Source: Neodothiora populina (lineage: Eukaryota). Taken from it: a stretch of DNA of 64,000 bases. The DNA lies in contig NW_027191415.1 in NCBI RefSeq assembly GCF_041146345.1, positions 310,001 through 374,000 on the forward strand. The letters are read 5' to 3'. Positions 25,073 through 36,764 of the stretch are shown one piece after another. A program made the translations under genes and the position numbers. Position 1 is the stretch's first letter. Every line of letters starts with the position of its first letter. Under the pieces are notes generated by a model, which saw only the letters and a list, made by a program, of their open reading frames with translations, ran no database searches and was not told where the DNA came from.

Positions 25073-26603
25073 AGGAAAGGAGAACAATCATCGCCGTCGT
25101 CAATGTCGTTATCATCGCAGGCGTCAGTCATATCGAGAGAGAGAACGAGAGGAGAGGACAGGGCAGAGATGCGCGCTGGTGGCTGCATGACAGGGTGTGG
25201 CTGTAAGAATAAGATACAAACTTTCCATGTACATTATATTCCATTGCACGATAAGCATATAAATGATACCTCACTCCTTCTTCATCTTTCTTCTCATTCG
25301 TGCTTCTGCTCCATGGTTCCGCGCCGTCCTCCTCTCGGATATATATACACTTCTATATAACAATCAGCTGATCGCTTCTTCGTCGCATTTGTTGCGCTTC
25401 TGATCTTCTCAGCCCTGGGGTTCCCATCCTAGTACGTTGGCAGCTGTAGACACTATAGGTAGTACAATACGAATACACGTTACTGGTACTTCAGCTCAAT
25501 ATGCAGAGCGCAAGCAGGCGTGACACAATTCCATCTCCTTTTCTCGGAAGATACATTGTCGACTTTGATCTGCACTCTCGGTCATGGACCTGGTCTGCAT
25601 CCTCACAAACTGGTATAATGATAGAGGTAGAAGAGTGGTCTTCTTGTGCACGTGCTCTCTGGTTCATTGGTCTATCAGAGGAAGCAGACGTGTTTCATCG
25701 GCTGTTTGTTCCCAGTCTTGCTTCACTTGATCCCTATCAATGCTCAATCGTCTCGGGCAAGCGAGCAAACATTTCAATATAATGCGCATCCCCAGCTCAC
25801 CCAGACGCCGAGGCGAGGCAACGAAGGAAACTTAGCAACCAGGGTCTCACTAGCGCGAACGCACGTGCGGAGATTGTGGCGCCAGCTTCGAAAAATCCGA
25901 GATTTTCTGCCAGGCGGGCGCAAAAAGTTGCTTAAATGCAGTCTCCAAACTCGAGCACCTACCCATCCTTCCTTCCTTCCTTCCCTCTTCAGCTTTGCAA
26001 GAACTTCTCACCTTTATCCTTTTCTTCTTTTATCAAGAGCAGAAAAAGTTCGCATATTTCCTCCACGAAGAAGCATCTCACAGCTCCCTTCGTACTTTTC
26101 ACATTTCAAAAGACACTTTTTCAGTGGGTTCGTGGCATCTCTCCAGTGGGTTTTTACTTTCTCTTCGCGTAGATCGGGTTTGCGTGAAGCAGATACTGTC
26201 AAGTACACAGTGGGCAGTGGGCGTTTGCGATATCAGTAGAGACGGCTTATCATCAGACCATGTCACATCCTACGTCTCTCGGCACTTTTTCTTGTGGGAA
26301 CACATTGGCCTTGCAGACTTGTGCACATACAGTGGGCTTGAGGGCTTGTTGGCTTTGAACCAATCACCTACCAGAGTGATCTTGGGGAAACTGAGGGCGT
26401 TGCCGCACAAGAGTCGACTTGCTGTTTCATCACAAAAGTCGGCTCGAATCTTCCTTCTCAAAGAAGCGCTGTCGCTGTTGCATCCTGCGACATTCGTTAC
26501 TCGATCAAGCCGCGTCTTGATGCGAAACCACCACAAAGAACCTACCAGTGAGTGACTCCAGCTAATCCTTCCACTTCTAGTATTCCCATCAAACTCCATC
26601 GCA

Positions 26604-26917
26604 ATGGCAAAGGACAAGTCTACCAAGAAGGTCGACTCCAAGGCCGTCAAGCCCGTCGCCGTCAAGGAGGGCCGTGTCACCAAGCCCGCTGAGACCCCCA
26701 AGGCCAAGTCCAAGGAGGTCGCAAAGAAGGCCGCCAAGGTCACCGAGAAGAAGAGCAGCAAGAAGTCCAAGAAGGAGCCTACACCCGAGCCCAGCTCCTC
26801 CGAGTCCGACAGCGACGAGGAGATGGCCAGCGACTCTGACTCTGACTCCTCCGAGTCTGAGGCTGAGGTCAAGCCTGCTGCAAAGAAGGCCGCCGCAAAG
26901 AAGGAGGAGTCTTCCGA

Positions 26918-26948
<31 letters not shown>

Positions 26949-28168
26949 TCCGAGGCCGAGGCCGAGGCTAAGCCCGCCCCCAAGACCAACGGTGCTGCAA
27001 AGAAGGTCGCCGCCAAGGACGACTCTTCTGACTCCGACTCTGACTCCTCCGAGTCCGAGGATGAGAAGCCTGCCGCCAAGAAGGACTCTTCCGACTCTGA
27101 CTCTTCTGACTCTGAGTCCGAGGACGAGAAGCCCGCCACCAAGGCTGCCGCCAAGGTACGTTTCGAACACAACACATCCAGAACATCGTGAAGGGACATG
27201 ACTGACATTTCGTTCTCCAGGCTTCATCCGACGATGACTCCGACGACTCCGACGACTCCGACGAGGAGGAGGAGGAGAAGGTCGAGAAGAAGGTCGAGGA
27301 GCCCTCCAAGAAGCGCAAGGCTGAGGAGACCGAGGCATCTGCCGGTCCCACCAAGAAGGTCAAGCACGAGGGCGAGTTCTCCGCTCCCTCCAACGTTCTT
27401 TTCGTTGGTGGTCTTTCCTGGAACGTTGACGAGGACTGGCTCAGCCGTGAATTCGAGGAGTGCGGTCCCGTCTCCGTCCGTGTCATCACCCACGCCGACA
27501 CTGGCCGCTCCAAGGGCTTCGCCTACGTCGAGTTCGCCGACACCGATGCTGCCATTGAGGCTCTCAACAACAAGCACGGTGCCGAGGTTGACGGTCGCGC
27601 TCTGAGATGCGACTTCAGCCAGCCCCGCCAGCCCAAGCAGGACCAGGGCAACCGCGTCAACAACCGCGCCCAGCAGTACGGTGACAAGAAGAGCGTTCCC
27701 TCCGCCACTCTCTTCTGCGGTAATCTTTCCTTCGACACCACCCAGGACAGCCTCACTGGCTACTTCTCCGAGTATGGTAACATCAACGGTATCCGTCTTC
27801 CTACCGACCGTGACACCGGAGCCCCCAAGGGTTACGGTTACATTGAGTTCTCTTCCGTCGAGGAGGCCCAGGGTGCTCTTGACCAGATGAACGGTGCCGA
27901 TGTTGACGGCCGTCCCATCCGTCTCGACTTCTCCACCCCTCGCGACAACAGCAACGCTGGTGGCCGCGGTGGCGGTTTCGGTGGTGGCCGTGGTGGTTCC
28001 GGCTTCGGTGGTCGCGGCGGTGGCCGTGGCGGTCGCGGTGGCTTCGGTGACCGTGGTGGCCGCGGTGGTCGTGGTGGCAGAGGTGACTCCCGTGGTGGCC
28101 GTGGCAACTTCTCCACCAACCGTGGTGGAGTTGGCGCCTTCGCCGGCAGCAAGGTCTCTTTCGACTAA
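26604..28168 (+). CDS. NSR1: Nucleolin-like protein (acidic Ser/Asp blocks, 2 RRMs, RGG tail)
   Basis: Alternating Lys-rich and SDSDSD blocks. Intron 27156-27220. RRM motifs LFVGGLSW/KGFAYVEF and LFCGNLSF/KGYGYIEF. GAR tail ending KVSFD. Confidence 0.95.
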
Positions 28169-29811
28169 GCGTTTCGCTTCCACCATTTCAAGGCATTCAC
28201 TTTGTCTCCTGTATTGATTTTGTACATGACGGCTACGGTTAAAAGTATATTAGGCGTTTTTCACGGGGTACTTTCTCCCTCTTTGCTCACGGGATAGGTA
28301 AGGGGTCTCCTTTGCGGTTTGCAGTCTTATACTCATTCACGTCTGTGGGGCACTATGTAGTAGTTCAGTAATAGCTGAGATATGACAGAGTTCAAGATCA
28401 AGTACTTTCAACTGTCGTCCACTCGTGTCCCTCTGTGATTGTGTTGTCATGCCCCTTGGGTGATGGTCATGTTGTCAATCATTAGAAAGATGCGCAAGTC
28501 GTCCGACTCATGCGCGTTGACGTTGTCTCAATTGCGCCCACAACAGCATCTCCATACACTCTCGAGTCACGACTACAGCACACAAGGCATACCTGCCACG
28601 ATTATCAGCGTGCCTTGGTCGTACAGGATCACTGTGGTCTGATGATGAGAAACACTAATGCTTCGATCATGTCACCCGTCAAGGTGTGGAATGTCTCTGG
28701 GAGCCGTCCGACAATGGCGCCTGACCTATCAAGTGTCTCGACGGCGCAAGCACTTGTGGGCCTACGACCAAGTCATGGGCGTACAGTAGCTTTATACGAG
28801 GATACCAATGAGTCGCAGATAGCGTTAAACAAAGCATCCGAAATCGGTGGCAGCGCATTCTGTTAGATGATGGCTTGACCGCCTGCATGTATTTCCATAA
28901 CGTTTCTCCCGATTCGTGCGTGCCTTGGTGAACGTCTGAGTGAGGAGGCGGCTGCACTGCATGATACTGTATGCATGAAAGCCCATCCGCCCAAGACGCG
29001 GGCCAGAGCCAGGGTCTTCGAAGCCTAGCTGGTATCTGCTGCAGCAGCCCCTCTCTTGACCTATCGCACCGGGTCTGTCATCTGGTCATTTATCATCATA
29101 TTTGCTGTACAGTCGACTGAGAAGGTGACATCTACGCGCGCAGACGCACAAGCAGGTTTACGTAGACCCTGTCACTTATCTGCGACATTCTAGTAGTTAT
29201 TGCATTATTGTTGCAATCTGCAAATACTGTGCATCCAAAGTAGTGGGCGGCGGGCCGAGAGAAGGCGTTGTGCGTCTCATCCCCACTCCCATTCCCCACG
29301 CCATCATTCGACGACCACCTCACCGCTGGTGACACAAAGGGCATCATTCATCAAGCCAGTGTCCAGTCATCATCTAGTTTCATATAACTAGATCGCATCC
29401 CCCCTTCCCCCTTTTTCGGGTAGGTGTGTGTATGTGTGTGATCCGACCACACTGGTGCCTTCTTCCGCTCGCCGAACCCGAGATATCAACCTCAATCATC
29501 CAACGCAAGTCACCTGCCCAGCCAGATCTGGGGGGAGTTTAGGCTTCAACGTCCCCGAGTGGAGTTGAGCGGACATCGTCATCGCTCTCTCTATCATCAC
29601 CTCAGCCTTGAGCCCCTCGGGCACGTGGACACAGGAGCCAACCAACCTCCCTTGACCATTCTATCGCTGCTCTCTGCCTTCTGCCTGTTCAACCGTGCCT
29701 AAACCTTAGCCCTTTAGGCGTTCAGTCGAGTTCATCTCTCGTCGTTGAACCACCGTGTCATTTCTATATCTCTGCATTGGGTGTCTCGGACACAGAACCT
29801 CACGATAATCA

Positions 29812-31349
29812 ATGTCAACTTCGCCTATGATGGTGTCAGGGGAGCCCGGTGCCAGAGAGCATCACCAACGAGCAGGTCACGCCCTTTCTCTGGCGCAGCG
29901 ATCGTCATGTAACAACCAGAGGCCGCGGTCAGAAGGTATGTTGACTGTGCCAATCCCCTTGATGTCGTTGGGCTGTCATGGACTCGTCACATATATACCT
30001 TACTCTCTTGTCTTGTCACCATGTACTAGTTCGCAACACTTGCCATGGATCTTGCGTGGTCATGGCCGTGTCCTGCCAGCTCACCGCTCACTGATACTTC
30101 AGACACAGATTCGTGGATTGAGATATCGTCGCAGCCGTCGTCGTCATCACTGTCTTCGGTCAACGACGAGATCGTGACTACTGGACTGCGTGTGCGACAG
30201 CAACCTCTCAACAGGCGTCGCCACAGACTACGACATGGAGGTGATCCCTCGCACCTCAACATCACGAACAGAGCGCCCAGCCTGGGAGCAACCAGCAGCC
30301 AGGAAGAGTACGACGAGAGTGAGAGCGAGCCAGACAGAGTGATGACCTCGTCCAACGAGGGTCTTTTCATGGGACTCGGCCCTGCTGCGAGAAGTCCTGC
30401 TGTGCAGTCAACAGCTTCGGATGAAGACGATGAGGGTCAGGATGACGAGGATGAGGACGACAGGACGGCAATCAACTACCCCATCCACACCGACCACATG
30501 TTCACGCCCCAGCCCAACGCCTTCTCGCATGCCTCAAGCGCTGGCAGAAGTCAGGCTGTGCCCGGCTCTTATTTCCCCGCCGGTATAGAGAGGCCTGCTG
30601 CTCGCTCTGCAGCCAGACATTCTTACCCATCCCGTCAGACGCAGCATTCTCCATACAACATGCTGTCTCCGAGCCATGATGCCGCCGCAGACCACGATGC
30701 AGCTTTGCGCGCTAGTCTCAACACGTTGATATCTTTCGCAGGAGCAACGCGAGGCCTGCCAAAGAAACAGGCAGCACCGACCTCTGCGCCCCGGGTTGTG
30801 TCAAACCGGCCCGCGCCAGGGAGTCTACGCATTGTGCCCGAGTCAGCTCTGAGCCAAGAAGCAGATGCGCCGGCTTCAGTGCCAGGCGCTGCACAAGCAC
30901 TTGACGAGCCGGCATTCAAGCCTACCATCCGTCGCAGCAGCACGTCGACGACCGGCTCTGCTGATATGCGATCCGCTGCGGCGCTCAAAGCTGAAGGTAA
31001 GCGAAGAGCGACACTTCCATCCGGACGCAGCTCGTCCAAGGATCGCCGAGTGACCAAGAAGCGACGGAGTTCACCTTCTGGGTATGCCGGGTACACGGAT
31101 GGAACAGGCGACTTCTATGTGACGCCGACGCTGCTGACGTGGGTTGTCGTGGCGGGGGTGGGTGTCGTGATCAGCGCACTCAGTTTCTCGGCCGGCTACT
31201 CTCTGGGCAGGGAAGCAGGGCGACTCGAGGTCAGTATGGGCGAGGTAGGCGAAGTCAGCGGATGCGCACGAGAAGTCGGCAAAACAGGACTGGGGCTCAA
31301 GAAGCTGCGCCTCAGCTCCGTTGCGAGGAGTGTGGGTGTAGGCGCATGA
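29812..31349 (+). CDS. Hypothetical tail-anchored membrane protein with N-terminal W-x-x-I (AIM/LIR-like) motif
   Basis: Exon 1 29812-29935 and intron 29936-30108 (GTATGT...CTGAT...CAG) give in-frame RSEDSWIEISSQPSSSSLSS. One C-terminal hydrophobic helix, LLTWVVVAGVGVVISALSFSAGYSLG. Confidence 0.8.
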
Positions 31350-32530
31350 GCAGAACGGAGAGGAGCAAGCAGGCAGGAGAAGAAGCGCATGAATCGCATT
31401 TGTTTACTCCTGGACTGATTTTCACGAATGATTTACGGGTCACGCACGATTTGATGTTATTTTCGGACGGATGGGTATGGATGTCTTTTATTTCTTTTGT
31501 TGCTTGGCTTTTACCCTATATTCCTCATCGAAGCAACGCTGGTAGGTGCAGGCCACAGAGGGGAGGGTGTTTAGTGGTTTGAGGAGCCAAGTGGGGTTCT
31601 CTTTCTTTCTGCGATATACGAGGATATGATTCTGCTGGGCATGTCATTTGCAAGGGGGGAAGGATGGGGATCTGTGACTATTGGCGAGTAGGTACACTTG
31701 AATGTAATCCGAAGGAGTAGCTCTTTAACAGGAAATGAACGGAATTCCGTTGGATTGATTCTCGCGTGATTGTTATGTGACCATTCTCTCTTTGTTAACT
31801 TCGATGATACTACAGTATGTGGAGCATAGATATGTGTATGATTCATCGGATGTAGTGTGCAAGTACAGTAAGGTGGTTCCAAGTCCGAGTTGTGGATCCA
31901 CTACTGCCAAGATATGTGTGTGTGCGTGTGTGGGTGTTTTTCTACATCATTGACCGCCAAGCCTCGGGGCAGATCAGTCCAGCAGAGGATGTTCGACAAA
32001 GTGTTTAGCAGCACATGTCGCAAGCAACAAAAGGAAGGGTGGATACCAGAGACAGAAGAAGCATAAGAAGCATGGACATTTGTTCACATATAGATATAGC
32101 AGATAATATCAGATAACGACAGAATCCAACAAGAGTGATGGATGAGAAAAGCGGATGATCTGCACGTGACCGTGCGATCTGGGATGTGATCGGAAGAACG
32201 AGGACGGAGCAGAGAAAGCACGGATCAATTTCAGAGGAAGCTTTCGCAGCGAAGCAGGAAGCCACAAGAGCAGGCCGGGGGCAGGAAGAAGCAGGAAGCA
32301 AAGGGCAGAGGGCAAAGGGCTCCTACCTGAGCTTAGGCTTAGCACGGCAGGAAAGAGCAGCTTCGCACCTTCCTCGTCTCAACCTCGACTCTCCGACCAT
32401 CTCTCCTCCCTCTTCCTATCTCCACTCCTCCAATCCCATCTCCCACTTCCGCCTCAGAGGCTTTTCCCATCTCAACACCAAGGGGTTTCTGATCTGTTTT
32501 TTCCTCTGTACCTCTCACACACAAGTCACA

Positions 32531-33767
32531 ATGTTCAGAACCGCTCTCCGACAGGCCGGAAAGGCCACCTCGGTCGCCGGCGCCCGCCAGGCAATCTCTG
32601 CTGTACGTCGTCGCCCACACCTCCATCGCCGCCACCACCACCTGCAGCTCTCGGAAAACCTGGTCGCCCGCATCAATGGCCACGGCGGAGAGCATTGAGA
32701 GCTATTGCAGACAATTTGCACCTCGCAATGCTTGCCGCCGGGCCCGGGTCGACGCGCCGGGCAAAGAGCAGCCGGTGGTTGGTGGTGTTGGAGGACATTT
32801 AAAAAACCTTACTGCCCTTTTTCTCCATCTACAATGACTCTAGATGATGGCTACGAGGAAGCACAAGACTGATTGGTTTTTTTTTCTCTTGACTACAGAC
32901 TCGCGCCGCCGCTCCCATCGCCTCTGGCATCCGCAGCTACGCCGCCGACGCCAAGGCCACTCCCACTGAGGTTTCGACTCTCCTCGAGGCCCGCATCCGC
33001 GGTGTCCAGGATGAGCAGTCGCTCGCCGAGACTGGACGCGTCCTCTCCGTTGGGTATGTTTGTCTCTGGACCGTCAATGGCTCGTGGCAACATGGAAGAG
33101 CAGACGGAAAGAAAAAGAGAAAAAGAAGCTGACAGACTGCAACAGTGATGGTATCGCCCGTGTTCACGGTATGGCCAACGTCCAGGCTGAGGAGCTTGTC
33201 GAGTATGTTATACACCATCGTCCCTCTGTTTCCGCCGCATCCCAGAGCTTCTGCAGCTTGCGGCGAAAATAAGCGCAAGCGCAACAGCAAGAGCAAGAGC
33301 ACTGACCACTTTCTCTAACAGGTTCGCCTCTGGCGTCAAGGGCATGTGTATGAACCTCGAGGCCGGCCGTGTCGGTGTTGTGCTTTTCGGTTCCGACAGA
33401 CTCGTCAAGGAGGGCGAGACTGTCAAGCGTACCGGAGAGATTGTATGTGTCTATCTCTTTCTTTTGTTGTTTCTCTGTCACCGTCGCCACCCGGTGTATA
33501 CCGACGTCTTGTCCTTTTTACTATCAATTCATCAAAAGTCATGGTCTTGCTTACAATCCCCCCCAACAGGTCGATGTCCCCGTCGGTCCCGAGCTCCTCG
33601 GCCGTGTCGTCGATGCTCTCGGTAACCCCATCGATGGCAAGGGTCCCATCAAGACCACCGAGAAGCGCCGTGCTCAGCTCAAGGCTCCTGGCATTCTCCC
33701 CCGTCAGTCCGTCTCGCAGCCCATGCAGACTGGTCTCAAGTCCGTCGACGCCATGGTGCCCATCGGA

Positions 33768-33800
<33 letters not shown>

Positions 33801-35484
33801 CAGACCGGTAAGACTGCCGTCGCTCTCGACACCATGCTCAACCAGAAGAAGTGGAACTCTGGCAGCGACGAAGCCTCCAAGCTTTACTGCGTCTACGTCG
33901 CCATCGGACAGAAGCGTTCCACCGTCGCTCAGCTCGTCCAGACCCTTGAGGAGAACGACGCCATGAAGTACTCCATCGTCGTCGCCGCCACTGCCTCTGA
34001 GGCCGCTCCTCTCCAGTACCTTGCTCCCTTCACCGGTTGCACCATGGGTATGTTCTTATTTTCCTTTCCCCATATCTCACGTGATTCTTCCACTTGCACC
34101 TTCCCTTTTCACGGCACCATTACCTCCCCCCACCTGGAGAAGTCACCGCACTACGCAGAGGGTCAAACTCATCAGCAAGGCTGCCTACGATCGCGAGCGT
34201 GCAATCGATCTTGAGGCATTCCTGGCGAGAGAGCGGATGGAGAGGAGCACGTGGACCGACAAGAACAAAACCAAAGTCAATGCTTCCCATGCTCGTGCTC
34301 GCAACAAGGCGAAAGCTCAACGCAGATATGAGTGCAAAATCTGCGATGAACCCCTCGCGAGCTCCTCTGCACTCAGACGACACAACGCTTCCGACGTTCA
34401 CGCACAGCAAGTCGCCATCGCTCATGGTGCTGCTGGAAGTCAACCGTCGGCCGGCGCACTCCGCTCACGAAAAGGCCAATAAAACCCACTACTGCAAGCC
34501 ATGCGACAAATCGGTCGCCCAGGCAAAGCATCTTGATGCACACAAGCTTTCCAAGAAGCACCTCATCAAAGCCACTTGACACGTTACACGTTGCACACAC
34601 TTCACATTTCTTTGCTACTTTATCATGATCATCACACTTGCTAACCATCATTAGGTGAGTGGTTCCGTGACAACGGCCGCCACGCCGTCGTCATCTACGA
34701 CGATCTTTCCAAGCAGGCCGTCGCCTACCGTCAAATGTCTCTGCTCCTCCGTCGTCCTCCCGGTCGTGAGGCCTATCCCGGAGAGTAAGTCTTGTTTCTT
34801 ATCTTTTCATCAAAGCCTTTCAAAATTAACCTTTTTACCTCCAGCGTTTTCTACCTCCACTCTCGTCTCCTCGAGCGTGCCGCCAAGATGAACGACAAGC
34901 TCGGCGGTGGTTCCCTCACTGCCCTCCCCATCATTGAGACCCAGGGTGGTGATGTCTCCGCTTACATTCCCACCAACGTCATTTCCATCACCGACGGCCA
35001 GATCTTCTTGGAGGCTGAGCTCTTCTACAAGGGTATCCGTCCCGCCATCAACGTCGGTCTTTCCGTCTCCCGTGTCGGTTCCGCCGCCCAGCTCAAGGCC
35101 ATGAAGCAAGTCGCCGGTTCCCTGAAGCTTTTCTTGGCTCAGTACCGTGAGGTTGCCGCCTTCGCTCAGTTCGGTTCCGATCTCGATGCCGCCACCAAGC
35201 AGACCCTCAACCGTGGTGAGCGTCTCACCGAGCTCCTCAAGCAGAAGCAGTACCAGCCCATGGACGTCAAGGAGATGGTTCCTCTCATCTACGCCGGTGT
35301 CAACGGTCTCCTCGACAACGTTCCCGTCAACAAGATCCTCAGCTGGGAGGCTGACTTCCTTGCCCACCTCCGCACCAACGAGACGTCCATCCTCGACACC
35401 ATCCACAAGGAGGGCTCCCTCTCCAAGGAGCTCGAGGCCAAGCTCAAGCAGGTCACCGTCGACTTCACCAAGAGCTTCCTATAG
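32531..35484 (+). CDS. ATP1: Mitochondrial F1 ATP synthase alpha subunit
   Basis: Presequence MFRTALRQ. Walker [28 protein letters not shown] and [10 protein letters not shown] motifs. Six introns: 32603-32898, 33054-33145, 33203-33321, 33443-33569, 34048-34654, 34785-34844. Confidence 0.98.
34111..34579 (+). pseudogene. Decayed tandem C2H2 (matrin/JAZ-type spacing) zinc-finger ORF nested in ATP1 intron 5
   Basis: ZnF1 [25 protein letters not shown] (34327-34401) and ZnF2 [25 protein letters not shown] (34487-34561), both C-x2-C-x12-H-x5-H. They lie in different frames with a frameshift near 34465-34480. No convincing start codon. Confidence 0.8.
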
Positions 35485-36740
35485 ATTAGTCGTCTATTAG
35501 ACTCTTGATATAAGCAAACGCCCCTGATTTGATGGCTTTGGTTTGGAATGTCTAGCCTATCGAACGGCTATTTCTCCAATCTACCCTTTTCCGCTTTTCC
35601 CCCACCATATTCATATCCACTCGCAAGTTTTTTCCATTTTCTCTGAAGTTTCTTGCTCTTTTTGTGTCGAAACCCCCTCTTGTTTTTGCTTTTTTGTTGT
35701 ATTTGTGTGTAAAATAGGCCCCGCCAAAGAACAAGAGGGAAACAAAAGGAAAAAGAATCATAGAGAGAATTTGGAAGAAATGGAAAATGATGCAAATCTA
35801 AAATATATATTCTGTGCCTCTTTTTCTTTTGTTTCTTGCCTGTCTCGTTTCATATCCGTCTTTTGTCAGTGTCTACCATGAGCATTAACAGAACGATGAC
35901 GGATGATTGTTGCCAAGTGATCACCAGAAGGAAGTAGGCAACGGATAGTGATTCGTGTAGGTAAGAGGCGTCGATGTACGTGTTTGTATGTGTAGATGTG
36001 AATACATGTATATGCAATTTAAGAGTAGAACAAGATACAAGGATGTTTGCTAAGGTGGAAAAGCGTGACATAAGGATACTAATATCGATATCCATTTGTC
36101 CTACTAGTCTTTGCTATTGTATATTGTATGTAATCTTCCTAATCGTCTACTTATTCCTCTCACCATTTTAGAAGGAAACGATATATAGGAGAGAGGGAGA
36201 GGACGAGAGTGGAGAGAACGGATGACGAATGAAAGACTTCATCGTCTTGATTGGTTCATACTCTCTCCTGGCCTCTCACTCTCTCCTAGCCTCTCTTTCC
36301 GCGTATTTGTCACGAGACGGTAACGAGACGCAGTCTCGTCTCAGGGATATCGCTGGAGTATCCAGTCGTGTCAAGTGTATTTTCATGGACAAGATGTTCG
36401 CTCAGAGTGGTTGTGATCTATGAGGAATTTGGCATCACGTTTGGGACTAATTTTTCCTCGCGAAGAAATGGAAGATTGACGGGCGAAGGAGGTCGAGGCG
36501 CTGATGACTGCCAGACGACTCTAAGAAAGAAGGAATGTTTCATTTTGTAAATTCATCGTCAGGAAAAGCTAAGAGGTACTTGCGAAGACCAACGTACTAA
36601 AACCTGAAAAGTAGGGACTAACTTCTAGGCAGGACTATCGTAGTCTTCTTCCTCGATAGGCGGAGCTTCAGGCCTTCTGGAAGATCGGTCAGTAGATCGG
36701 TCGGTGGATGGTTCCCTGAGTATCTCAATGATCGTTACTG

Positions 36741-36764
36741 CCCCCCCCCCCCCCCCCCCCCCCC
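36741..36764. repeat. poly(C)24 tract
   Basis: Read directly from the sequence. Confidence 0.95.

Noticed and set aside
26270..28186. Long antisense ORFs over NSR1
   Set aside because: Explained by strong codon bias and low-complexity sense sequence. The translations are mirror-image, non-protein-like text.
28642..28724. Possible box C/D snoRNA (ATGATGA...CTGA, 83 nt)
   Set aside because: No convincing terminal stem, internal C'/D' boxes or recognisable rRNA guide.
34048..34654. Group I/II intron, intein or stwintron interpretation of ATP1 intron 5
   Set aside because: It has canonical spliceosomal donor, branch and acceptor sites. The insert is not in frame with the exons, and I see no group I/II core or nested splice signals.
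34810..35406. 198-aa antisense ORF over the last ATP1 exon
   Set aside because: Shadow ORF of a highly biased, highly expressed gene.
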